Positions 27,067-34,656 of a stretch of 61,797 bases of DNA are shown one piece after another. The stretch is from an uncultured Acidimicrobiia bacterium. GTDB lineage: Bacteria; Actinomycetota; Acidimicrobiia; Spongiisociales; JAENVV01. The notes below the pieces were generated by a model, which ran no database searches, was not told the origin of the DNA, and was given only the letters and a program-made list of their open reading frames with translations. Where the stretch lies: contig CAZTLW010000002.1 in assembly GCA_964614585.1 (NCBI GenBank), forward strand, positions 1 through 61,797, in the 5' to 3' direction. The first letter of the stretch is position 1, and the number at the start of each line of letters is the position of its first letter. Position numbers and translations under genes: made by a program.

Positions 27067-27717
27067 CTATCGGTCGAGCCGGCGGAAGGCCCGTCGACGG
27101 TCGTTGCGCTCCAGCACCGCCGGCTCCCAGCCGTCGACCGACCGGTCGATCACCTGCTCGAACGCCGCCTCGGCCACGCCCCGGGCGGTTCCGAGATCCC
27201 GGGTCGGGTCGAAGTCGCTGCGCAGCGCCTCCAGGAGCTCGTCGGCCGGCCCACCGATCGCCGCAACGCCCTGCTCGTCGCCGACGGTGCCGTCGTAGAG
27301 CACCCGGAACAGGCGATCGCCATCGGGCTCGTCGCCGAGCTCGGCCACGAGCAACTCCACCTCGTAGGGCTTCACCTCGTGGGTGAAGATGTTGCCGAGG
27401 GTCTGGGCAAAGGCATTGGCGAGCCCCTTGGCCGTGACGTCGCGGCGGCCGTACATGTATCCCTTGAGGTCGGCGTGGCGGATCCCCGCCACCCGGAGCG
27501 ACTCGAACTCGTTGTACCGACCGACGCCGGCGAAGGCGACCCGGTCGTAGACCTCGCCGATCTTGTGCAGCGTCGAGGACGTGTTCTCGGCGAGGAGGAG
27601 GATCCCATCGGCGTACTGCATGGCCACGATGGCCCGACCCCTGGCGATGCCCTTGCGGGCGAACTCGGCCCGATCCTTGACGAGTTGCTCGGGCGAGACG
27701 TAGAAGGGGACGCTCAT
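27067..27717 (-). CDS. prcA: 20S proteasome alpha subunit
   Basis: MSVPFYVSPEQLVKDRAEFARKGIARGR.. is typical of PrcA. ATGA overlap with the prcB stop. Confidence 0.92.
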   Translation of the reverse strand: MSVPFYVSPEQLVKDRAEFARKGIARGRAIVAMQYADGILLLAENTSSTLHKIGEVYDRVAFAGVGRYNEFESLRVAGIRHADLKGYMYGRRDVTAKGLANAFAQTLGNIFTHEVKPYEVELLVAELGDEPDGDRLFRVLYDGTVGDEQGVAAIGGPADELLEALRSDFDPTRDLGTARGVAEAAFEQVIDRSVDGWEPAVLERNDRRRAFRRLDR

Positions 27718-28490
27718 GGGGTGACCTCGAGGATGCGGGCCGCCAACCCGGTCACCTCGGCCTCGGGGACCTCCCGGTACCCCTCGGAGTCCACCATGAC
27801 CACCGACGGCATGATCCCCCGGCGGAGGTCGGGCCCGGCCGTGGCGACGTCCTGTTCCCCGGCAACCACGAGGGCCGTCATCGCCAGGTCGAGGGCGCCC
27901 TGGCGGTCGAGGTCCTCGGTCCACCCCGCCCGGAGCGCCGAGCGTGCCTCGCGGCCGCCCGAACCACTGGCGGCGAAGTCCTGCTCCTCGTAGCGGCCGC
28001 CGACGACGTCGAACGAGAACAGGTGGCCCGAGCCGGTGAACTCGTCGTAGCCGGCGAAGAGCGGAACCACCACGAGGCCCTGCATGGCCAACGGCAGCTG
28101 GTTGCGGACCATCCGGGCGAGGTAGTTGGCCTTCCCGTCGAGGCTCAGCCGGGTCGACTCCAGCTTCTCGTAGTGCTCCAGCTCGGTGCGGAAGAGGCGG
28201 ACCATCTCGATGGCGAGGCCGGCCGTGCCGCTGATGGCGACGGCCGAGAAGTCGTCGGCGGGGAAGACCTTGCGGATCCGCCGATGGGCGACGCTGTAGC
28301 CCTCGGTGGCCTGGCGATCGCCCATCATCACCACGCCACTCGCCCAGCGGACCGCCAGGATCGTGGTGGCCTCCCCCAGCTCGGGCAGGTCACCCGCCAC
28401 CGGGTCCGGAGGTGCCTGGCCGATGGAGCGGAGCAGGTCGGAGAACCCGGCCGGGCCGGACCCGGCGAGCGCCCGGAGGTCGTCGATCAC
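27714..28490 (-). CDS. prcB: 20S proteasome beta subunit (about 41-aa propeptide, then catalytic Thr)
   Basis: ..LGEA/TTILAV.. processing site and a Ntn-hydrolase body. GTG at 28490 overlaps the pup stop. Confidence 0.92.
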   Translation of the reverse strand: MIDDLRALAGSGPAGFSDLLRSIGQAPPDPVAGDLPELGEATTILAVRWASGVVMMGDRQATEGYSVAHRRIRKVFPADDFSAVAISGTAGLAIEMVRLFRTELEHYEKLESTRLSLDGKANYLARMVRNQLPLAMQGLVVVPLFAGYDEFTGSGHLFSFDVVGGRYEEQDFAASGSGGREARSALRAGWTEDLDRQGALDLAMTALVVAGEQDVATAGPDLRRGIMPSVVMVDSEGYREVPEAEVTGLAARILEVTP

Positions 28491-28684
28491 TCGCCGCCCT
28501 TCTGGACGTAGTTGCGGACGAACTCCTCGGCGTTCTCCTCGAGGACCGTGTCGATCTCCTCGAGGAGGTCGTCGATCTCGTCGGAGTCGACGGCGACGCC
28601 CGGCTCGTCCTCGGCCACGAGGTCGTCGTCGACGACGGCCTCGTCCTCGGTGCGACGGCGGCGGATTCTCTCTCGATCGGTCAT
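28487..28684 (-). CDS. pup: Prokaryotic ubiquitin-like protein Pup (C-terminal GGE)
   Basis: 65 aa, acidic and disordered-looking, ending ..EEFVRNYVQKGGE. Confidence 0.93.
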   Translation of the reverse strand: MTDRERIRRRRTEDEAVVDDDLVAEDEPGVAVDSDEIDDLLEEIDTVLEENAEEFVRNYVQKGGE

Positions 28685-28738
28685 GGCTGCCTCTCGGAAG
28701 CGGTGCGTCAGAGGGTACCGCCCCGCGTGACCGACCGG

Positions 28739-29251
28739 TCAGGGCACCGGCCGGAGCACGAAGACGGCGATGGCGCGGTGGGCTGCCCGTCGGGGATAGG
28801 CGGCGTAGCCGGGGAAGGTGGCCCGGGCCCGCTCCCAGACCGACGCCGAATCCGCCACCTCCGTCGCCACGACGTCGGCGACGACGGATCGATACGTCAG
28901 CTTCGCGATGGGCCGGGCCCGGAGATTGTGCACCCACGCCGGCGTCGCCCGTTGGCCGTACCCGGATCCGATGATGGCGAGGTCCTCCTCGTGGGGGATC
29001 CCGACCAGGGGGGTCTCACGTTCGAGCCCGCTCCTGGCACCCGTCGTCGCCAGCATGACGACCGGGAGACCGGCGAGGGCCGAGGCGAGCGTCCATCGCC
29101 CGTCGCTCGCCCGGAACGCCCACCGGTCCAGCGGTGGGCTCGCCTTCGAGAAGGCCCACGACCCCGGACCGGTGGCCGCCACCGCCTGCACGGCCCGGTG
29201 GAGGCCATTGGGCGGCCGATGCCGATAGCCGAGCGTCTCGACGAGTGACAT
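28739..29251 (-). CDS. Nitroreductase-family deazaflavin(F420)-dependent oxidoreductase-like protein (DUF385/Ddn-like)
   Basis: ..TTGARSGLERETPL.. then ..GQRATPAWVHNLRARPIA.. then ..RAIAVFVLRP, matching the Ddn-family pattern T(T)GRKSG..TPL / P.W..NL.A.P / R.IPV..L. ATG at 29251. Confidence 0.7.
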   Translation of the reverse strand: MSLVETLGYRHRPPNGLHRAVQAVAATGPGSWAFSKASPPLDRWAFRASDGRWTLASALAGLPVVMLATTGARSGLERETPLVGIPHEEDLAIIGSGYGQRATPAWVHNLRARPIAKLTYRSVVADVVATEVADSASVWERARATFPGYAAYPRRAAHRAIAVFVLRPVP

Positions 29252-29262
29252 GGGCAGGCACC

Positions 29263-30747
29263 CTACGCCGGCGTCGATCGGGCCTCGGTGTCGAGGGCCT
29301 CCAGCAGGGCGGCGGCATCGGCGGACCCGTCGATGAGGGCCGCGGTCAGCGCCTCGGTGCCCTTCAGGGGGTCGAGCATCGGTACCCGCCGGAGCAGGTC
29401 CCCGCCCGTGTCGAAGATGAGCGAGTCCCAGTTCGCCGCCACGAGTTGGGTGCCGAAGCGGTCGACACACCGGCCCCGGAAGTAGGCCCGCGTCGACCCG
29501 GGTGGCTCGTCGGCGGCGGTGGCCACCTCCTCGTCGGTGAACAGGCGGGACATGCGACCTCGGGCCACGAGCCGGTGGTACAGGCCCCGGTCGGGGTCGA
29601 GGTCGTGGTACTGGAGGTTCACCGCGGCCAACTTCGGGTCGTCCCACCCGATGCCACGGCCCAGGTAACCCTCGGCCACCACCAGCTTCGCCGCCCAATC
29701 GAGGCGATCGGCGGCGCGTCGCGGGTCTGCCTCGAGGTCGGCGAGGAGCTCCTCCCAGGCGGTGAGGACGGCCCCCATGCCCGGGTCCTCGGCGCGTCGC
29801 CAGTGCTCGCGTACCCACCCGAGGTACTGGGTCTGGAGCTCCAGCGCGGTGGCGGTCCTACCCGATGCCAGCGGGAGGGGCTGGTCGAGGTCGAGGTCGC
29901 GGCTCACCGCCCAGCACGCCTCGACGGGGTTGGCGAGCGTGAGGTCGTCGGGGATGGCGTCGTCCTCGAGGGCCGCCAGGAACGCGGACAGCGAGCCGAG
30001 CTTCACCCAGGTCTGGACCTCGCTCATCGTCGCGTCGCCCACGATCACGTGCAGTCGGCGGTAGCGCTCGTCGGCGTGGGGCTCGTCCCGGGTGTTGACC
30101 AACGGCCTCCGCAGGGTGGTCTCGAGTCCGACGACCTCCTCGAAGTGGTCGGCCCGCTGGGTGATCTGGAAATCGGCCGATCCCCGACCGAGCTCGTCGC
30201 CCACCTTCCCCGAGCCCGAGATGAGCTGGCGGGTCACGAGGAACGTCGGCAGCGCGGCGATGACCCGCCCGAAGCCGAGGCGGCGATCCAACAGCACGTT
30301 CTCGTGGGCGCCGTAGCTGGCGCCCTTGCCGTCGGTGTTGTTCTTGTACAACGCCACCCGCTGGCCCTCGCCGAGCACCGACGACGCCGCCCGAGCCGCC
30401 CGGAGGCCCACCAGCTCACCCGCCTTGTCGTAGAGGGCGGCGTCGCGGGGGTCGATGGTCTCGGGCGCCGAGTACTCGGGATGGGCATGGTCGACGTAGA
30501 ACCGGGCGCCATTGGTCAACACGACGTTGACCGCGGCGGCATCGGACTCGGGGGCAAATCCCTCACCCAGAGGGCTGCGGGCGTCGCGACGGGGCATCTC
30601 GTGGTCGTACGACCAGCCGACCCGATGCCGCCGGTCGACGAGGGCGTTGACGACCAGCGACGACGCCAGCGACGGGTTGAAGTCGGGATCGCCGGCGACG
30701 TGGATGCCGAACTCGGTCTCGGTGCCGAGCACCTTGGGCAGGGCCAT
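29263..30747 (-). CDS. dop: Pup deamidase/depupylase Dop
   Basis: MALPKVLGTETEFG.., YVDHAHPEYSAPE and SYGAHENV. Paralogous to pafA, downstream of arc. Confidence 0.93.
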   Translation of the reverse strand: MALPKVLGTETEFGIHVAGDPDFNPSLASSLVVNALVDRRHRVGWSYDHEMPRRDARSPLGEGFAPESDAAAVNVVLTNGARFYVDHAHPEYSAPETIDPRDAALYDKAGELVGLRAARAASSVLGEGQRVALYKNNTDGKGASYGAHENVLLDRRLGFGRVIAALPTFLVTRQLISGSGKVGDELGRGSADFQITQRADHFEEVVGLETTLRRPLVNTRDEPHADERYRRLHVIVGDATMSEVQTWVKLGSLSAFLAALEDDAIPDDLTLANPVEACWAVSRDLDLDQPLPLASGRTATALELQTQYLGWVREHWRRAEDPGMGAVLTAWEELLADLEADPRRAADRLDWAAKLVVAEGYLGRGIGWDDPKLAAVNLQYHDLDPDRGLYHRLVARGRMSRLFTDEEVATAADEPPGSTRAYFRGRCVDRFGTQLVAANWDSLIFDTGGDLLRRVPMLDPLKGTEALTAALIDGSADAAALLEALDTEARSTPA

Positions 30748-30761
30748 CTGGAGCCGACGGC

Positions 30762-32486
30762 CTAGAGGTAGTGGCCGGGCGACACGTTCTCGATCGACCG
30801 GGCGTCGGCCTCGGCGCCGTGCACGAGGGTGCGCACGAAGACGATGCGTTCGCCCTTCTTCCCGGAGATCCGGGCCCAGTCGTCGGGATTGGTCGTGTTG
30901 GGGAGGTCCTCGTGCTCCCGGTACTCGTCGGCCACGGCCTGGTGGAGGTCGTCGACGGTGATCAGGCCGGACTCGCCGGCGATGCGGCGCTTGATGGCCT
31001 CCTTCTTCGCCCGTCGCACGATGTTCTCGATCATCGCCCCGGAGGCGAAGTCCTTGAAGTAGAGGGTCTCCTTGTCACCGCCCTGGTAGGTCACCTCGAT
31101 GAAGCGGTTCGACTCGTCGGTGGCGTACATCCCCTCGACCACCTCGGCGATGCGCTCGTCGAGGTGCTCGGCCTCGGGGCCGAACTGGCCCGGTTCGAAC
31201 GGGAGGTCGTCGTCGAGGTACACCCCGAAGATCTGGCGCGCCGCCGACTCGTCGGGACGCCCGATCTTGATCTTCACGTCGAGCCGGCCCGGCCGGAGGA
31301 TGGCCGGGTCGATCAGGTCCTCGCGGTTGGAGGCGCCGATGACGATGACGTTCTTGAGTGACTCCACGCCGTCGAGCTCGCTCAGCAGCTGGGGGACGAT
31401 GGTGGACTCCACGTCCGAGCTGACCCCGGTGCCCCGGGTGCGGAAGAGCGAGTCCATCTCGTCGAAGAACACGATGACCGGCACGCCCTCGTCGCTCTTC
31501 TCCTTGGCCCGCTGGAAGATGAGGCGGATCTGGCGCTCGGTCTCCCCCACGTACTTGTTGAGGAGTTCGGGTCCCTTGATGTTGAGGAAGTAGCTGCGGA
31601 CGTCCTCGTCGCCGTTCGAGTCGGCGACCGCCGCGGCGAGGCTGTTGGCCACGGCCTTGGCGATGAGGGTCTTGCCGCACCCGGGCGGCCCGTAGAGCAG
31701 CACGCCCTTGGGCGCCTCCAGCCTGTACTCGCCGAACAGCGCCTTGTGGACGAACGGCAGCTCGACCGCATCACGGATGGCGTCGATCTGGCCCGTGAGC
31801 CCCCCGATCGATTCATAGGAGACGTCGGGCACCTCCTCGAGGACCAGTTCCTCCACGTCGGGGCGGGGGATCTTCTCGAGGGCGACCGCCGCTCGTTGGT
31901 CGACCCGCACGTGGTCGCCGGCCCGCAACGACTCGTCGACCAACCCCGCCGCGAGACCGATCACCCGCTCGTCGTCGCCCCGCCCGAGCACCAACAGCCG
32001 GTCCGGGGAGAGCCGTTCCTTGACGGTCACCACCTCCCCGTGGGGGTTGGGCGGGAGCGCCTCCACGACGTTCATGGCCTCGTTGAGGAGCACTTGTTGG
32101 CCGATGGCGAGCTGCTTCACCTCGATGGAGGGATGGGCCGCCACCCGCAGGTTGCGTCCACCGGCGTGGACGTCCACCGAGCCGTCGTCGGCCGTGCCGG
32201 TCACGATGGCGTAGGAGGCCGGCGGGCCGGTCAGCCGGTCGATCTCGGTGCGGAGGAGCGCCAACTGCTCGCGGGCCTCGCCGAGCAGGTCGCCGAGCTT
32301 CTCGTTCCGTGCCGCCAGACGCCGGGCCCGTTCCTCGGCCTCGTCCAGTCGGCGGCGGGCGAGGTGCAGGTCGGGGTCCTGGCGGAGGTGCCGCCGAGCC
32401 TCGAACAGTTGGTCCTCGAGTTCGCGGATGCGTACCCGGAGGGCGTCTGCCTCGTGGTGGTCGGCTCCCATGTGGTCATCCTGCAC
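30762..32486 (-). CDS. arc: Proteasome-associated AAA ATPase ARC/Mpa
   Basis: N-terminal coiled coil, Walker A GPPGCGKT, Walker [10 protein letters not shown], and a C-terminal ..GHYL (penultimate Tyr). Starts at GTG 32486, or alternatively ATG 32471. Confidence 0.95.
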   Translation of the reverse strand: MQDDHMGADHHEADALRVRIRELEDQLFEARRHLRQDPDLHLARRRLDEAEERARRLAARNEKLGDLLGEAREQLALLRTEIDRLTGPPASYAIVTGTADDGSVDVHAGGRNLRVAAHPSIEVKQLAIGQQVLLNEAMNVVEALPPNPHGEVVTVKERLSPDRLLVLGRGDDERVIGLAAGLVDESLRAGDHVRVDQRAAVALEKIPRPDVEELVLEEVPDVSYESIGGLTGQIDAIRDAVELPFVHKALFGEYRLEAPKGVLLYGPPGCGKTLIAKAVANSLAAAVADSNGDEDVRSYFLNIKGPELLNKYVGETERQIRLIFQRAKEKSDEGVPVIVFFDEMDSLFRTRGTGVSSDVESTIVPQLLSELDGVESLKNVIVIGASNREDLIDPAILRPGRLDVKIKIGRPDESAARQIFGVYLDDDLPFEPGQFGPEAEHLDERIAEVVEGMYATDESNRFIEVTYQGGDKETLYFKDFASGAMIENIVRRAKKEAIKRRIAGESGLITVDDLHQAVADEYREHEDLPNTTNPDDWARISGKKGERIVFVRTLVHGAEADARSIENVSPGHYL

Positions 32487-32496
32487 GGTGTCGCGG

Positions 32497-32502
32497 AGTA
32501 TA
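32497..32502 (-). promoter_or_regulatory. Candidate -10 hexamer TATACT for arc/mpa (would give a leaderless or near-leaderless mRNA)
   Basis: Lies inside GGAGTATATGG (32495..32505). The hexamer ends 10 nt upstream of GTG 32486. Confidence 0.4.
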
Positions 32503-32585
32503 TGGGCGGGTGCCCGAGCCGACCGCGCGCGGATGTCCCGGGGGCATCGCTACGATGCCGGGGAACCGAGAAGGAGCCCGAACCG

Positions 32586-32831
32586 ATGAAGGTGTGGATC
32601 GACCAGGACCTGTGCACGGGTGACGGTCTCTGCGAGGAGATCGCCCCTGACGTCTTCGTGTTGCTCGACGACGGCCTCGCCTATGTCCGCGAGGGCGACA
32701 CGATCTTCGCGGCCGAGAAGGGCAACCCCGAGGGTGCCGCCGGCCTGGCCAACGTCCCCGCCGGCCAAGAGGCCGATGTCATCGAGTCCGCCGAGGAGTG
32801 CCCCGGCGAGTGCATCTTCATCGAGCCGTGA
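32586..32831 (+). CDS. fdx: Single-cluster ferredoxin (CxxDxxC...CP type)
   Basis: MKVWIDQDLCTGDGLCEEIAPDVF ... EECPGECIFIE. GAAGGAG RBS 9 nt upstream. Confidence 0.8.
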   Translation: MKVWIDQDLCTGDGLCEEIAPDVFVLLDDGLAYVREGDTIFAAEKGNPEGAAGLANVPAGQEADVIESAEECPGECIFIEP

Positions 32832-32892
32832 CGCCGCGGCGGCGGAGCCGCCACGGCACCTGAACCACGGCTCCCGGAGCACCACGGAACTC

Positions 32893-32918
32893 GACGGCCC
32901 CGCATGTGCGGGGCCGTC
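32893..32918. terminator. Perfect GC hairpin between the convergent fdx and trmI genes (candidate bidirectional terminator)
   Basis: GACGGCCCCG-catgtg-CGGGGCCGTC read directly. Lies 7 nt from heptamer array 3. Confidence 0.5.
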
Positions 32919-32925
32919 GCACGTG

Positions 32926-32953
32926 GTACTCAGTACTCAGTACTCGGTACTGC
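32926..32953. repeat. Heptamer tandem array 3: GTACTCA GTACTCA GTACTCG GTACTGC
   Basis: Read directly. Nearly identical to array 2. Contains the trmI stop codon and encodes its last residues (..PSTEY*). Confidence 0.9.
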
Positions 32954-33733
32954 CGCCGTCCCGGCGGCCGTCACCCTCCCGCTCACGATGAAGCCCGTGT
33001 GGCCGACCATCTGGTGGTCGGGACGTACCGACCGGCCCGACACGTGCCACTCGCGCACGAGCACTTCCCGGGTCACGACGTCGATGAACCGCTCCCCCAT
33101 CGCCGCCACGGCCTGCTGCACCTGGGGGATGGTGGGGACGTAGGCGACGACGACCGCGCCACCCGGCAGGCATTCGGCACCGACGGCGATGGCGTGCCAC
33201 GGTTCGGGGAGGTCGAGGACGAGTCGATCCGGTTGGACCTCCTCCACCACGGGCTCCACCTCGCCGAGGCGCAGGTCGAGCGTCCCCGGCAGGCCCCCGA
33301 ACCACCGCTCGATCGTCCGGGCGGCGAACGCGTGGTGGTCCTCGCGTCGCTCCACGCTGACGACCCGGCCCTCGGGGCCGACGGCCTGGGTGAGGGCGAT
33401 GGCCAACGCACCCGAGCCCGTCCCGGCCTCCACGACCACCGATCCGGGCCGGATGTCGCCGTGGACGAGGATCGGACCGACGTCCTTGGGGTAGACGACC
33501 TGGGCACCCCGCTTCATCTTGAGTACGTAGTCCTCGTAGCGGGGACGGACGGCGACGTGGGCGGCGCCCTTGGTGGTCAGGAGCGTGCTGCCCTCGGGGG
33601 CGCCGATGATGTCGGCGTGGGGGATGGAGCCCTGATGGGTCGAGAACTCCCGGTCGGGATCCAGGTCGAGCAGGAACTTGCGACCCCGGTCGTCGATGAG
33701 GAGGCAGGCATCCCCGGCGGCGAAGGCGGCCAC
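32930..33733 (-). CDS. trmI: tRNA (adenine58-N1)-methyltransferase TrmI (Rv2118c-like)
   Basis: ..KRGAQVVYPKD.. and the SAM motif VVEAGTGSGALA. GTG start. Confidence 0.88.
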   Translation of the reverse strand: MAAFAAGDACLLIDDRGRKFLLDLDPDREFSTHQGSIPHADIIGAPEGSTLLTTKGAAHVAVRPRYEDYVLKMKRGAQVVYPKDVGPILVHGDIRPGSVVVEAGTGSGALAIALTQAVGPEGRVVSVERREDHHAFAARTIERWFGGLPGTLDLRLGEVEPVVEEVQPDRLVLDLPEPWHAIAVGAECLPGGAVVVAYVPTIPQVQQAVAAMGERFIDVVTREVLVREWHVSGRSVRPDHQMVGHTGFIVSGRVTAAGTAAVPSTEY

Positions 33734-33734
33734 G

Positions 33735-33830
33735 TCAGGCGAACAGGGCGAGGAGGGCCACCATCGTGGCGAGCACCATGCCGAGCACGACGAGGATGGC
33801 GATCACCTTGACGGCGTTCTGGGAGCGCAT
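33735..33830 (-). CDS. Possible 31-aa hydrophobic peptide
   Basis: MRSQNAVKVIAILVVLGMVLATMVALLALFA, a single TM segment. It stops 2 nt before the trmI start. Composition is the only support. Confidence 0.25.
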   Translation of the reverse strand: MRSQNAVKVIAILVVLGMVLATMVALLALFA

Positions 33831-33854
33831 GGGCCGCAGTCTAGGATCGTCTCC

Positions 33855-34187
33855 ATGTTCTCCCACGGCTCCCGGCAGGTCCTCCGGGGCTTCCGCGAGG
33901 GCGACACCGCCCGCCTGACCGCCGGAGCGGCCCTGCTGGCCTGGTGGGCGTACCGGCGCCACCGCGAGCGGACGTCACTCATCGCCAGCTACGAGCTGAA
34001 GGAGGGTGAGGAACTCCGCCTCACCCTGCCGAAGGACCGCTGGGTGCGAGCCGACGACGTGGAGGCCGCCGCCCTCGCCGAGCTCGGCCTGCTATCGCCG
34101 ACGGACCTCGACGACGACCTTCTTGCGGCCCCGTCGCCCGAGGACGAAGGCGGCCAGGGCGAGCACGACGACGCCGACGACCAGTAG
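33855..34187 (+). CDS. Hypothetical protein (110 aa)
   Basis: ATG at 33855 with high GC3. The 3' 96 nt overlap a convergent minus-strand ORF, so the true extent is uncertain. Confidence 0.35.
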   Translation: MFSHGSRQVLRGFREGDTARLTAGAALLAWWAYRRHRERTSLIASYELKEGEELRLTLPKDRWVRADDVEAAALAELGLLSPTDLDDDLLAAPSPEDEGGQGEHDDADDQ

Positions 34188-34278
34188 CACCACGCCCTGA
34201 CGGGCGTTCTCCATGGTCTGCTCCACCGTGTCGTCGATCTCGGCCGCCTTGGCCCGGATCTCCTCGATGGTCGCCATC
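34092..34278 (-). CDS. Small membrane protein (61 aa)
   Basis: MATIEEIRAKAAEIDD.., followed by the TM segment VVLLVVGVVVLALAAFVLG and a basic tail. ATGA-coupled to the upstream holin-like gene. Confidence 0.45.
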
Positions 34279-34630
34279 AGGCACCCTCCCCGCTCGTCGG
34301 CCCGCCCTCGGCGGACACGACCTCGACCCCACCATCGTCGGTGACCGCCCGAACCAGGCCGAAGGCGATGCCGACCAGCAGGATGGCGACCCCGAGGTAG
34401 CCGGCCGCCGACCAGTAGGGATTGTCCGGCAGCAGGGTGACGGCCACGAAGCGGAAGGCGGCGATCGACAGCATGAGTGCGCCGATGCTCATGAGCAGGC
34501 CGGCGCCGATCCCGATGCCGGCGACCCGTCCGAGCCGCTTGGCCGGTTCGCCGATTTCCTCGTTGATGTATGCCTTGCTGAGGTCGACGAGTTCCGTGAC
34601 CATCTGGGGCAGCTCGTTGGGATTCGCCAT
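34277..34630 (-). CDS. Phage-holin-family / actinobacterial holin-X-like membrane protein
   Basis: N-terminal MVTELVDLSKAYINEEI helix plus two TM segments (GIGIGAGLLMSIGALMLSIAAF, GYLGVAILLVGIAFGLV). I recognise the family by its pattern only. Confidence 0.6.
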   Translation of the reverse strand: MANPNELPQMVTELVDLSKAYINEEIGEPAKRLGRVAGIGIGAGLLMSIGALMLSIAAFRFVAVTLLPDNPYWSAAGYLGVAILLVGIAFGLVRAVTDDGGVEVVSAEGGPTSGEGA

Positions 34631-34656
34631 GCCGTGGAGGGTACCGCACCGAACCC

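Noticed and set aside
34277-34630. Holin-family-like gene as evidence of a prophage or lysis cassette
   Set aside because: No endolysin, terminase, capsid, integrase or att-like repeats are nearby. The flanks are conserved housekeeping genes (trmI, MFS, fadE). This family also occurs as a chromosomal stress or membrane protein in actinobacteria.
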